Assembly: GCA_028712175.1 (NCBI GenBank) | Contig: JAQTQQ010000001.1 | Span: 96,992-160,991, forward strand | Direction: 5' to 3' | DNA length: 64,000 bases | Source: Candidatus Omnitrophota bacterium | GTDB lineage: Bacteria; Omnitrophota; Gorgyraeia; Gygaellales; Profunditerraquicolaceae | Shown: positions 28,701 through 36,715 of the stretch, one piece after another | Position numbering within the stretch: position 1 is the first letter of the stretch | How the letters are laid out: every line of letters starts with the position of its first letter | Made by a program: the position numbers and the translations under genes | The notes under the pieces: generated by a model | Told to the model about the DNA's origin: nothing | Seen by the model: only the letters and a program-made list of their open reading frames with translations | The model's database searches: none

Positions 28701-29540
28701 GCTGATTATTCTCCCCGGGAGCCAATCATGGATTTAAATGTTATCCCCTGGCCGACTTTTAAGGAATTTAATCTGCACTGTTACGGATCCAGGAGCCTGC
28801 CGATTTTTACAAGCAGGGGATGTATTGGCAGGTGTAGTTTTTGCAACGACTGGCCGAATTCTACGCCTTACCGAAGCCGCAGTGCGCGTTCTATAATGGA
28901 TGAAATTATTTATCATATAAAGAATAACCATACAAAAACATTTAGTTTTAAAGATTTGTTATGTAACGGCGATATTGGTAACCTTAATAAATTAGCCGAT
29001 TTAATTATCGCCTCGGGGATAAAAATTAACTGGGATTCTCAGGCAATCCCCCGCAAAGAAATGACCTATGAGCTACTCTTAAAATTAAAGCAATCAGGCT
29101 GCAGCACTTTGATATATGGCATAGAAAGTTTTTCCGATAATGTCCTAAAACTTATGCGCAAGATATTTACTTCTTCTGTTGCCGAAGACGTGCTTAAGGA
29201 TACCTGGAGGGCGGGGATCAAAAGCTGTATTAATATCATTGTGGGTTTTCCGGGCGAGACAGATGAAGATTTTCAAAGCACATTAAAGGCGATAAAAGAA
29301 AACAGGCAGTATATCGGACAAATTGGGGCAATTAGCGTATGCCTGGTTAACCACAACAGTGATTTAGAGAATAATCATCAGCGTTACAACCTGATCCTGC
29401 CAGGCGATACCAGGATCAGGGCGAAGGAGTGGAGGAGCAGCGACAATTTGAGCACCTATCAGTTAAGGCGGCAAAGGGCTGAACGGATTTTGTCCATGGC
29501 CAATGAAATCGGACTGAAATATGAAACTTTAACCATATAA
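25755..29540 (+). CDS. tandem double B12-binding radical SAM protein (1261 aa) with N-terminal Wzt-C-like domain
   Basis: There are two units. Unit 1 has B12-domain 'RILLVNLPWQ...' and radical-SAM Cys triad 'RGCPFRCKFC'. Unit 2 has 'ILLIQCPPWD...' and 'RGCIGRCSFC'. Both units begin with the related leader 'HLRRK.L......L....KGL.YA...GL.YF'. Confidence 0.75.
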   Translation: MINNYYKFKEHLRRKGLLYAFLRGLKYFIFLLRSSCRKNKVNFNFIAKGKTSIICTASGLKIFWGNKELTSGIGLHSLVNTLGLWTDSVTASWQIIERGPDYFILKVVFKALPLNQIWKIKIEKQERISLDIALEVEEELNIDELRVMGLVSNKYKSWFCDYKQGDFSRLDDKFSDVYFGNSPARLIGVRFPLGEPGFLNAFSFDCDDKDWFAVIQNPPSFTDARLVGVRRVYPGENILRPGICYQIISSGLDLSKDGQDLDIKVESIRRTSLAPILGTELDNQKRKTRILLVNLPWQKNGVSGVRAGSRWPHIKGRPEDSYLPFPFFLAYATALLRSRDIEAVMIDAIAEGLSEEKFLEIVLSTKFDYLVTETSVPSFNDDLCLLEKIAKAGANIILCGPNYEIYKPEFLKNHTFIQFVLYGEYEFTLLELVESLRDKKTLSSVAGLIYRDNGSVQVNSKREPFPLDLLPWPYREGLPMDKYLDAPGRMPLPSVQMIASRGCPFRCKFCLWPQVVYQGHDYRVRSVQDVVSEMQYLVEEKGFRSVYFDDDTFNIGKQRMLDFCRQIKERKLNKVKWAIMARPDLMDEEILQNMKDAGLWAVKYGVESAVQSLLDNIDKDMDLEKAKRMIEFSKKIGLKVHLTFTFGLPQETMETIQETIDYVKKADPYSAQFSITTPFPGTEYYKSLDGRGMILSKDFSDYDGQFKSVIKLENLSAAELEKGKDKATQAWQDHLRRKDLWRNNLIKLYSLAKEKGLSYALGKGLRYFRNFLFPYPATDKDCLHPMSYDDLIKKVNFGFTDILLIQCPPWDISMPPLGVAYLSSYLKEHGYNASVFDLNIALYNLAGDNAKRLWEQKNYDKWMNTDSLENANNRLKDEAGILLTKLLAKADIEYIGLSVNLAGISMAAGLIKIIKLQKPSSKIILGGWGCINEHMRGLFPAGLVDVFVVGEGEATLLEVIEVFRGLKKESDVRGAIFNHRILADYSPREPIMDLNVIPWPTFKEFNLHCYGSRSLPIFTSRGCIGRCSFCNDWPNSTPYRSRSARSIMDEIIYHIKNNHTKTFSFKDLLCNGDIGNLNKLADLIIASGIKINWDSQAIPRKEMTYELLLKLKQSGCSTLIYGIESFSDNVLKLMRKIFTSSVAEDVLKDTWRAGIKSCINIIVGFPGETDEDFQSTLKAIKENRQYIGQIGAISVCLVNHNSDLENNHQRYNLILPGDTRIRAKEWRSSDNLSTYQLRRQRAERILSMANEIGLKYETLTI

Positions 29541-29550
29541 ATTCATTACA

Positions 29551-30747
29551 ATGCCTAATATCGGTCCAGACGATTATTTGTTAAAGGATATTAAAAACGG
29601 TTTCCGTGCCTCTATGGGGCCGCAGATTGTTCAATTTGATATTACCAACAAGTGTAATAATAATTGTTTATGCTGCTGGAATAGGTCTCCTTTATTAGGG
29701 GAGCTTTCTATGGAGAGAAAAAAAGAAAATAACGAGGAGCTTAAATTTGAAGTCATAAGAAAGACATTGGAAGAATTGCGTCAGATGGGGACGAAAACTA
29801 TTTTTCTGGCAGGCGGAGGAGAGCCTTTTGCGCATCCGGACATTTTGAAAGTATTAAGGTGTATTAAAGAAAACAACATGCGCACTTTTATTAATACCAA
29901 CTTTACTCTCATAAACAAGGAAATAGCAAACCAGATAACCAAACTAAAGATCGACCATATTCACGTAAGCCTTCTGGCCGGTACAGCCAAGACTTATGCG
30001 GGGATTCATCCCAACAAAACAGAAGAAACGTTCCATCAAATTGTAAATTTACTGAAGTATATTTCTTCGCTCAAAGAGCAATCCGGACAGCATCTTTATA
30101 ATCCCTTGCCTCATATTAATTTATATTATGTAATCTTCAGTAAAAATTATAAAGAGATAGATAAAATGATTGATGTGGCTATAGAAACTAAGGCCGATAG
30201 TGTTGAATTTACGCCTGTCGATGTCATCCCGGGTTACACCGATTCACTGTTATTGGGCAAAAAAGAGTCAGAGCATGCTTTAAACATGCTGGATAAGCAG
30301 TCTTTAAGAATAGAGCAGTATAATATTCACGAGCCGGTTAAGATCAGTATTACCCAAAAGGAAAGTTTTATAAAAAGGATCAGTTCGCAAGAAGCCTTGT
30401 TGGGGAAATACGAATCGGATAAAGTTATAAATCAGCCTTGTTATGTGGGGTGGGTATTTGCCAGGATTAAGGCGGATGGCAGCGTGAACCCCTGTTTAAA
30501 AGCCCACAGGATATCCATCGGGAATATCCACGAAAAATCTTTTAAGGAAATCTGGAATAGCACTGAGGAACAACTATTTAGGGAAAAGGCGTTTACACAC
30601 AACCCAAATGACCCATATTTCAATTTAATCGGTAACGACGCTAATATAAATTTTGGATGTATTAAAAGCTGCGATAATATTCAGATTAATCAGGAGATGC
30701 ACGCTAAATACGCCGGATTATTGCAAAAAGATGACAATTCCGCTTAA
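29551..30747 (+). CDS. radical SAM/SPASM(twitch)-domain protein, paralog 1
   Basis: 'NKCNNNCLCCW' CxxxCxxC, 'GGGEPF', and C-terminal aux-cluster cysteines 'PCYVGWVFARIKADGSVNPC' and 'GCIKSCDN'. Confidence 0.75.
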   Translation: MPNIGPDDYLLKDIKNGFRASMGPQIVQFDITNKCNNNCLCCWNRSPLLGELSMERKKENNEELKFEVIRKTLEELRQMGTKTIFLAGGGEPFAHPDILKVLRCIKENNMRTFINTNFTLINKEIANQITKLKIDHIHVSLLAGTAKTYAGIHPNKTEETFHQIVNLLKYISSLKEQSGQHLYNPLPHINLYYVIFSKNYKEIDKMIDVAIETKADSVEFTPVDVIPGYTDSLLLGKKESEHALNMLDKQSLRIEQYNIHEPVKISITQKESFIKRISSQEALLGKYESDKVINQPCYVGWVFARIKADGSVNPCLKAHRISIGNIHEKSFKEIWNSTEEQLFREKAFTHNPNDPYFNLIGNDANINFGCIKSCDNIQINQEMHAKYAGLLQKDDNSA

Positions 30748-31933
30748 AAAAGATAAAACTGCGCTTAATAAATTGCTGATCGACGGAGTTTTGTCTTCCA
30801 AATCAGCCTTTATCGGCCCGGAAGTATTGCATATTGATTTAACTAATCAGTGCAATTTTAACTGTATTGCCTGCTGGTGCCGGTCTCCTCTGTTAACCGA
30901 CAAAGCCATGCCGGATTGGGAAAAAAAATTAACCTTACCTCTTGATATCATAAAAGGGGTTATTGACGATTTAGAACAAATAGGGGGGCTTAGGCAGGTT
31001 AAATTAGTGGGCGGAGGAGAGCCTTTTATGCATCCTAACGTATTAGAGATAGTCGAATATATAAAAAGCAAAGATAAAGAAATTGAAATAGATATAAATA
31101 CTAATTTTAGCCTTGTTGATAAAGAAACCGCAGAGAAATTATTGCATATAGGGGTGGATTCTTTGACTATAAGTATCTGGGCCGGGAGCGCTCCGGTTTA
31201 TGCATCGGTGCACCCCAATCAGAAAGAAGAAACTTTCTATAGGATTAAAGATATTATGCGGTTTATATATGAAAGAAAGAAAGCAAAAGGGCTGTCTGCC
31301 CCAAGAATTATAATTCATGATGTGATTTTCAATTTGAATTATAAAGATTTAGAAAATATGATTGAATTCGCTTTAGATGCAGGAGCTGATTCTGTCCAGG
31401 TTGTCCCTGTGGATCCTGTAAAAGACAGGACCGAGAGCCTATTGTTAAGCGGCACACAAAGAAAAGAGCTTCTTGAGATTATTAACAGGATTAACAGGTA
31501 TTATGACCCAAAGACATTCCGTTATATTACTCAGGATAAAAGGTCTGTAGTTTTATGCGATTTTAACAGTTTTATACGCCGCGTTGAGAGGCTCAATATT
31601 GCAAGCGGAGTGTATGATGAGCAGGTTGTTGAAGAAATTCCATGTTATGTAGGCTGGTTATTTGCGAGAATTATGGCTACGGGAAATGTTGTTCCTTGTT
31701 GTAAGGGCCATAGGATGACTATGGGCAATATCTATAAAAACAGATTTAAGGAGATTTGGCTTTCTCCCGTTTACGATGAATTCAGGAATAATGGTTTAAA
31801 GCTTTCTAAAAATCATCCTTATTTTTCCGTGATCGGCAATTCCGCTACGGCTAAGACAGGCTGCTATAATTGTGACAATCTTTGGCAGAATATGCCAATG
31901 CATAAACTGATGAATTTAAAGAAAATATCTTAA
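30731..31933 (+). CDS. radical SAM/SPASM-domain protein, paralog 2
   Basis: 'NQCNFNCIACW', 'GGGEPF', 'PCYVGWLFARIMATGNVVPCC', 'GCYNCDN'. The start is placed at the internal Met (30731) to minimise overlap. Confidence 0.7.
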   Translation: MTIPLKKDKTALNKLLIDGVLSSKSAFIGPEVLHIDLTNQCNFNCIACWCRSPLLTDKAMPDWEKKLTLPLDIIKGVIDDLEQIGGLRQVKLVGGGEPFMHPNVLEIVEYIKSKDKEIEIDINTNFSLVDKETAEKLLHIGVDSLTISIWAGSAPVYASVHPNQKEETFYRIKDIMRFIYERKKAKGLSAPRIIIHDVIFNLNYKDLENMIEFALDAGADSVQVVPVDPVKDRTESLLLSGTQRKELLEIINRINRYYDPKTFRYITQDKRSVVLCDFNSFIRRVERLNIASGVYDEQVVEEIPCYVGWLFARIMATGNVVPCCKGHRMTMGNIYKNRFKEIWLSPVYDEFRNNGLKLSKNHPYFSVIGNSATAKTGCYNCDNLWQNMPMHKLMNLKKIS

Positions 31934-31934
31934 T

Positions 31935-33086
31935 ATGATAAAAGGTTTGTTTTCTTTTAAAAAAGTTAAGGCTTGGGTTTTGAATTTAAAAGGCATATCC
32001 ACTAAGTGTTACGCTTATAAAGGCCCCGATTTGGTTCAGATCGATTGTACGGATAAGTGCAATAGCCGCTGCCTTGCCTGCTGGGTGCATTCTCCGTTAC
32101 TTAATAGTAAAGAAAATAAAGATTTTCTTGATATAGAGCCATCAATATTAAAACGTTTTATAAGGGAGGCTAAGAAATCCGGGACAAGGGAGGTTTGTTT
32201 CTCCGGAGGAGGGGAGCCGTTTTTATATGAACATATTTGGGAGATTTTAGAGTTTACGCAAAAAAACAGCATGCCTTTTCGTATAAATACAAACTTTACT
32301 TTATTAAGCAAAAGGGATATAAAAAGGCTGCTTTCTTATAATAAGCTGGCATCTTTGACGGTAAGCATTTGGGCTCCTGACGCCGGCTTGTATTCAGAAT
32401 TACACGGAAGAAATAAGGAATCTTTCGACAGCCTGATTTCTAACTTGCGGTTTCTTAATAAACTTAAAACCCCCAGATTAAATGTGATTGTTTATTCCGT
32501 GATGACCAGTATGAATTATTTTGCTTCAAAGGCTTTGACGAATTTAGCCAGGGAAACGGGTTGTAGCGGCATAGAGTTTGCGCTTATTGATGCTATACCC
32601 GCAAACACAGATTCACTGCTGCTTAATGAAAATCAGTTGAGTTACCTAAAAAGTGATTTTCTCGGATTAATCAGGCAGGCAGAAGATTTTGGCAAGGCAT
32701 TTAAAATAATTAACAAAGAATTATTTCTTAGAAGGTTGTCTTGCCCCGGGGCAAGCTGCGGAGAATATGATGCTTTTGTCGATAGGATACCCTGTTATTC
32801 AGGCTGGGTTTTTTTAAGGCTACGGGCAAACGGAGACCTGAACTCGTGCCTTAAATCTCATAAAATTCCCATCGGGAATATCTATAATGAAAGTTTTCTG
32901 TCTATCTGGAACAATGCATCGCAGCAGGAGTTTAGAAGGAAGTGTTTAGCCCTTCCGAAAGATAAAGAATATTTCAAAGTTTTTGGCAACGGAAATTCCG
33001 CAGGTATCGGTTGCAGGCGCTCATGTGATAATATATTTAGCAATGAGCATGCCGGAAGATTGGTCAAGTATTTAATTAAGTTATGA
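31935..33086 (+). CDS. radical SAM/SPASM-domain protein, paralog 3
   Basis: 'DKCNSRCLACW', 'GGGEPF', 'PCYSGWVFLRLRANGDLNSC', 'GCRRSCDN'. Confidence 0.75.
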   Translation: MIKGLFSFKKVKAWVLNLKGISTKCYAYKGPDLVQIDCTDKCNSRCLACWVHSPLLNSKENKDFLDIEPSILKRFIREAKKSGTREVCFSGGGEPFLYEHIWEILEFTQKNSMPFRINTNFTLLSKRDIKRLLSYNKLASLTVSIWAPDAGLYSELHGRNKESFDSLISNLRFLNKLKTPRLNVIVYSVMTSMNYFASKALTNLARETGCSGIEFALIDAIPANTDSLLLNENQLSYLKSDFLGLIRQAEDFGKAFKIINKELFLRRLSCPGASCGEYDAFVDRIPCYSGWVFLRLRANGDLNSCLKSHKIPIGNIYNESFLSIWNNASQQEFRRKCLALPKDKEYFKVFGNGNSAGIGCRRSCDNIFSNEHAGRLVKYLIKL

Positions 33087-33202
33087 AAAAAATAAGAAGA
33101 GCAGGCATCATATTATTACTTTTGTTGGTTGCGGCCGTCATGGATACTTTACTGTTTGTATTAAAGAAGGCAAAAGGCATCCGTTTTTTCCCGGGAGGAT
33201 AA
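33083..33202 (+). CDS. unannotated 39-aa hydrophobic peptide MKKIRRAGIILLLLLVAAVMDTLLFVLKKAKGIRFFPGG
   Basis: Its ATG overlaps the TGA of the third rSAM gene (ATGA overlap), and it ends at the RBS of the next GT gene. It is below the 60-aa ORF-track cutoff. Confidence 0.25.
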   Translation: MKKIRRAGIILLLLLVAAVMDTLLFVLKKAKGIRFFPGG

Positions 33203-33205
33203 AAT

Positions 33206-34705
33206 TTGAATATATTATTAATGCATCCTCATGATTTATATTCTTCCTCCGAGCCTTGGACGGTGCGCATAAAAAATATAGCTTGCCAGTTTGAAGCCAA
33301 AGGGCATTCGCTGAAGTTGGTTTATTTCCCTCTTGATAAACGGGATATCGGACACAGTTTTTTAAGCGATAATATTGAACTTATTGCTTTAGACAGAAGG
33401 TTAGGCATATTCAGGCTGTTTAGAAATATCCTGTCCGTGATGAGGCTATCCGCTTCATGCGATATAATACATTTTCAGAAATGTTATTATTATGTAGCGC
33501 TTCCGGCGCTGATTGCCGCATGGATTAAAAACAAACCGGTGCATTACGATTGGGACGATTGGGAGACAAAGATATTTTATTATTCAAATCCTTCCCAATT
33601 TCTTGTTGGCGGGTTTATCAATTTGTTCGAGAAATTAGTCCCCATGGCGGTAGATACAGTATCTGTTTCTAGCGGTTATCTTCGCCAAATCTGCCTTTTA
33701 AGGGGCGTGCTTAATAAAAATATCTTTTCTGCGCCGGTAGGCGCAAACTTGGAAGAGTTTTTTCCGGATCCGGATTCTAAGGGCAAGGTAAAGGGAAAAT
33801 ATGGAATAAATGGCCAGCTTGTTTTGTACGTAGGCCAGCTTCATGGCGGTCAATATGCCGAACTTTTTATAGCCGCAGCAGCAGATATTCTTAAAGAAAA
33901 TAAGCGGGATATATATTTTATGATTGTTGGCGACGGCTACCGGTTGAATGAATTAAAGCGCATAGCTTCGGATATGGGGCTGGGACCTCGTTTTATTTTT
34001 TCCGGGTTCATCCCTCATGAAAAGGTGCCTTCTTATATTAACGATGCCGATATCTGTGTGGCTTGTTTTGAAGACAATGCTATAACCAGGTGTAAAAGCC
34101 CTTTAAAAATCGCTGAATATTTAGCCTGTGCTAAAGCTATAGTTGCCAGCAATGTGGGAGAGGTCCGGAATATGGCAGGCGGGGTGGGAGTATTAACTGA
34201 ACCCGGTAATGTTTCTTCATTATCCGAGGGGATAAAGAGCTTATTGGATAACAAGGCGTTAAGGGATAGATTAGGCCATTATGCCCGCTTGAGGGCTGAA
34301 AGAAAATATAATTGGTTGGTTACGGCAGATAATATCCTGAGCGCATATACAGAAGCAATTAGGGTAAACGGAGATTGCAGCGGTTCTATCCAGCTTAATG
34401 GGAGGGGGAATATGGCGTATCCAGAGAAAACAGAGCATGGTTTTGATATTCTTACGGCAAGGGTTTTTTCGATAACCAGCCATGCGCCTGCCCCTTATAC
34501 TATTGAGGTTGAGCTTAGAAAACTTATCGGAGAGCGGCCAGACTCTTTAACGGTAGACCCGCGCTGCACTTTTTATAAGGACGATAAAGTCCCTAAAACA
34601 ATTAATATCGTTCAGCCCAAGGATATAATTGAAGTGACATATTTAGTTCATAATGGCATTAAAGTAGCTTTTAACATTATCGTCAGGCCGCCAAAGCCTT
34701 TCTGA
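33206..34705 (+). CDS. GT4 family glycosyltransferase with ~120-aa C-terminal extension
   Basis: TTG start with GGAGGA RBS 8 nt upstream (alternatively the ATG 27 nt later). GT-B motif 'SPLKIAEYLACAKAIVASNVGE'. Confidence 0.7.
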   Translation: MNILLMHPHDLYSSSEPWTVRIKNIACQFEAKGHSLKLVYFPLDKRDIGHSFLSDNIELIALDRRLGIFRLFRNILSVMRLSASCDIIHFQKCYYYVALPALIAAWIKNKPVHYDWDDWETKIFYYSNPSQFLVGGFINLFEKLVPMAVDTVSVSSGYLRQICLLRGVLNKNIFSAPVGANLEEFFPDPDSKGKVKGKYGINGQLVLYVGQLHGGQYAELFIAAAADILKENKRDIYFMIVGDGYRLNELKRIASDMGLGPRFIFSGFIPHEKVPSYINDADICVACFEDNAITRCKSPLKIAEYLACAKAIVASNVGEVRNMAGGVGVLTEPGNVSSLSEGIKSLLDNKALRDRLGHYARLRAERKYNWLVTADNILSAYTEAIRVNGDCSGSIQLNGRGNMAYPEKTEHGFDILTARVFSITSHAPAPYTIEVELRKLIGERPDSLTVDPRCTFYKDDKVPKTINIVQPKDIIEVTYLVHNGIKVAFNIIVRPPKPF

Positions 34706-34748
34706 CCCCGTCAGCTTTAAGTAAAAAGCGTTTCAAATTTGATTTAAG

Positions 34749-35852
34749 ATGAAAGTATTATTTTTTACACGCGAAGATAAGAATTTATCCGGAGCGCGCC
34801 TGAGGTGTTATGGCTTATCAGCGGAATTGAATAAATCCGGGATATGCTCCGAGGTTTTTTCTTTTGCTGAAGATCTTGGAGCTAAATGCGCCGAAAGAGA
34901 ATCCGAGATGGGCCTGGGAACAAAATTAAATTATAACCTGCGCGCATTTTGCAGTTTAAGAAAAAAAATAGATAGCGATACAGTGATCTTTATGCAGCGG
35001 CTTAATTACCACACCCTTGCCCCGTTTCTTATTTCCTGGCTGGGGAAAAGAAAATTTATTTTTGACTGCGATGATTGGAATATCCGCGAAGACCCTGTTT
35101 ACCGCTTTGGGTTTTATCCTTCTTCAAAAATGGAATATTTTACCGGAAGGCTGGCCGGCTATGCGCATGCCTGTATCGCGTCAAGCGTATTCCTAAAAGA
35201 ATATCTATCAAGATTTAGTAAAAATGTGCATTATCTGCCTACCGGGGTTGATACCCGTTTGTTTAGGCCGCCGGAAGCAGATAAAAAAAGTTCTCAATTG
35301 GTATTTTCATGGATAGGCACGGCTTATCATGCTCCAATGGGAGAAAACCTGAAGTTTCTTATCGATATCTTCTCATCTCTTATGCAGAAGCACAGTAATA
35401 TTTTTTTAAGTTTTGCCGGAGAGGGAAAATATTTTAACGCGGTTATGGGGCAGTTAGGTAATTTTAAATATAAGGATAGGGTTATAAACGAAGGGTGGAT
35501 ACCTCCTCAGAAAATCCCCGATTATCTCTCCAGGATTGATGTCGGGCTTCTGCCATTGATCCAAAATACCAAATTTAATATAGCCAAAAGCCCGACTAAG
35601 CTTTTTGAGTATATGTCCATGGCAAAACCTACTGTTTCAAGTGATATAGGAGAAGCACCGAGAATTATCCAGGATAACAAAAACGGTTTTTTAGCCGGGG
35701 ACAGGGAAGAGTTTATTGCCAAAATTGAAAGGTTAATTAATGAGCCTGCCTTAAGGAATCAAATGGGTGTTGCGGCGCGTGAAAGCATAGAGGAAAAATA
35801 TTCCTTGTCTGTTTTGGGTAAAGAACTGGCGGAGATTATAAGGAAAATCTAA
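34749..35852 (+). CDS. GT4 family glycosyltransferase
   Basis: 'SPTKLFEYMSMAKPTVSSDIGE' EX7E-like motif. Confidence 0.7.
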   Translation: MKVLFFTREDKNLSGARLRCYGLSAELNKSGICSEVFSFAEDLGAKCAERESEMGLGTKLNYNLRAFCSLRKKIDSDTVIFMQRLNYHTLAPFLISWLGKRKFIFDCDDWNIREDPVYRFGFYPSSKMEYFTGRLAGYAHACIASSVFLKEYLSRFSKNVHYLPTGVDTRLFRPPEADKKSSQLVFSWIGTAYHAPMGENLKFLIDIFSSLMQKHSNIFLSFAGEGKYFNAVMGQLGNFKYKDRVINEGWIPPQKIPDYLSRIDVGLLPLIQNTKFNIAKSPTKLFEYMSMAKPTVSSDIGEAPRIIQDNKNGFLAGDREEFIAKIERLINEPALRNQMGVAARESIEEKYSLSVLGKELAEIIRKI

Positions 35853-36715
35853 TGCCAAAAATTTCCGTTATTATTTTAACTTATAACTCCCGGGGCTGCA
35901 TTAAACCCTGCCTGGATTCTTTATTTGGTCAAAGGCATGAGGATGTTGAAGTGATTGTTGTTGATAACGGGTCAAACGACAGTACCTTAGATTTAATTAG
36001 AGGTAATTACCCCGGTTTAAGGATAATCGCAAACAAGGGTAATCTGGGGGCATCAAGAGGCAGAAACCAAGGAATTGAGGCTGCTTCGGGCGAATGGATC
36101 TTAACTCTAGATTGCGATGTGATATTAGAAGACGGTTTTATCAAAGAGGCCATGGAGCTTGCAAGTAGCCCGAGGGGAAGATTAGGAATTATCCAGCCGA
36201 AGATTTTATCTAAAAGCAAAAAAAAAATATATTCTTGCGGTATAGGCGTCTATTGGTTAAAAAGGTTCTATGACATCGGCCGAAATTCATCCGATGGCAA
36301 GATGTTTGGCCTGTCCTTTCCCGTTTTTGGGGCCTGTTGCGCAGCTGCCTTATATAGGCGTAAAATGCTGGATGACTTAAAAGACAGGTATGGTTATTTT
36401 GACGAAAGATTTTTTTTCCTTTTTGAGGATGCGGATTTATCATGGCGCGCCCAGAAAAAAGGCTGGATATGCATGTTTTATCCTAAAACAAAATGTTTCC
36501 ATGGCGGAAACAGTTCTTCTACGGACGGGCTAACCAGGCAGTTATTTAGTTTTCGCAACCGCCATCTGGCAATATTAAAAAATCAAAATCCCGTATTTGT
36601 CCTTTTAATGCTGCCCGCATATTTTATTTACGATATCCCGAGATTTTTGGTTTTGCTTGCGAAATTCAGGTTTAACTTTAAGAAATTCTACAATTTATAT
36701 CATGTTCAAGGTTAG
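35852..36715 (+). CDS. GT2 family glycosyltransferase
   Basis: 'ISVIILTYNS', 'VVDNGSND', 'DCDV' DxD, 'FFLFEDADLSWR'. Confidence 0.7.
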   Translation: MPKISVIILTYNSRGCIKPCLDSLFGQRHEDVEVIVVDNGSNDSTLDLIRGNYPGLRIIANKGNLGASRGRNQGIEAASGEWILTLDCDVILEDGFIKEAMELASSPRGRLGIIQPKILSKSKKKIYSCGIGVYWLKRFYDIGRNSSDGKMFGLSFPVFGACCAAALYRRKMLDDLKDRYGYFDERFFFLFEDADLSWRAQKKGWICMFYPKTKCFHGGNSSSTDGLTRQLFSFRNRHLAILKNQNPVFVLLMLPAYFIYDIPRFLVLLAKFRFNFKKFYNLYHVQG

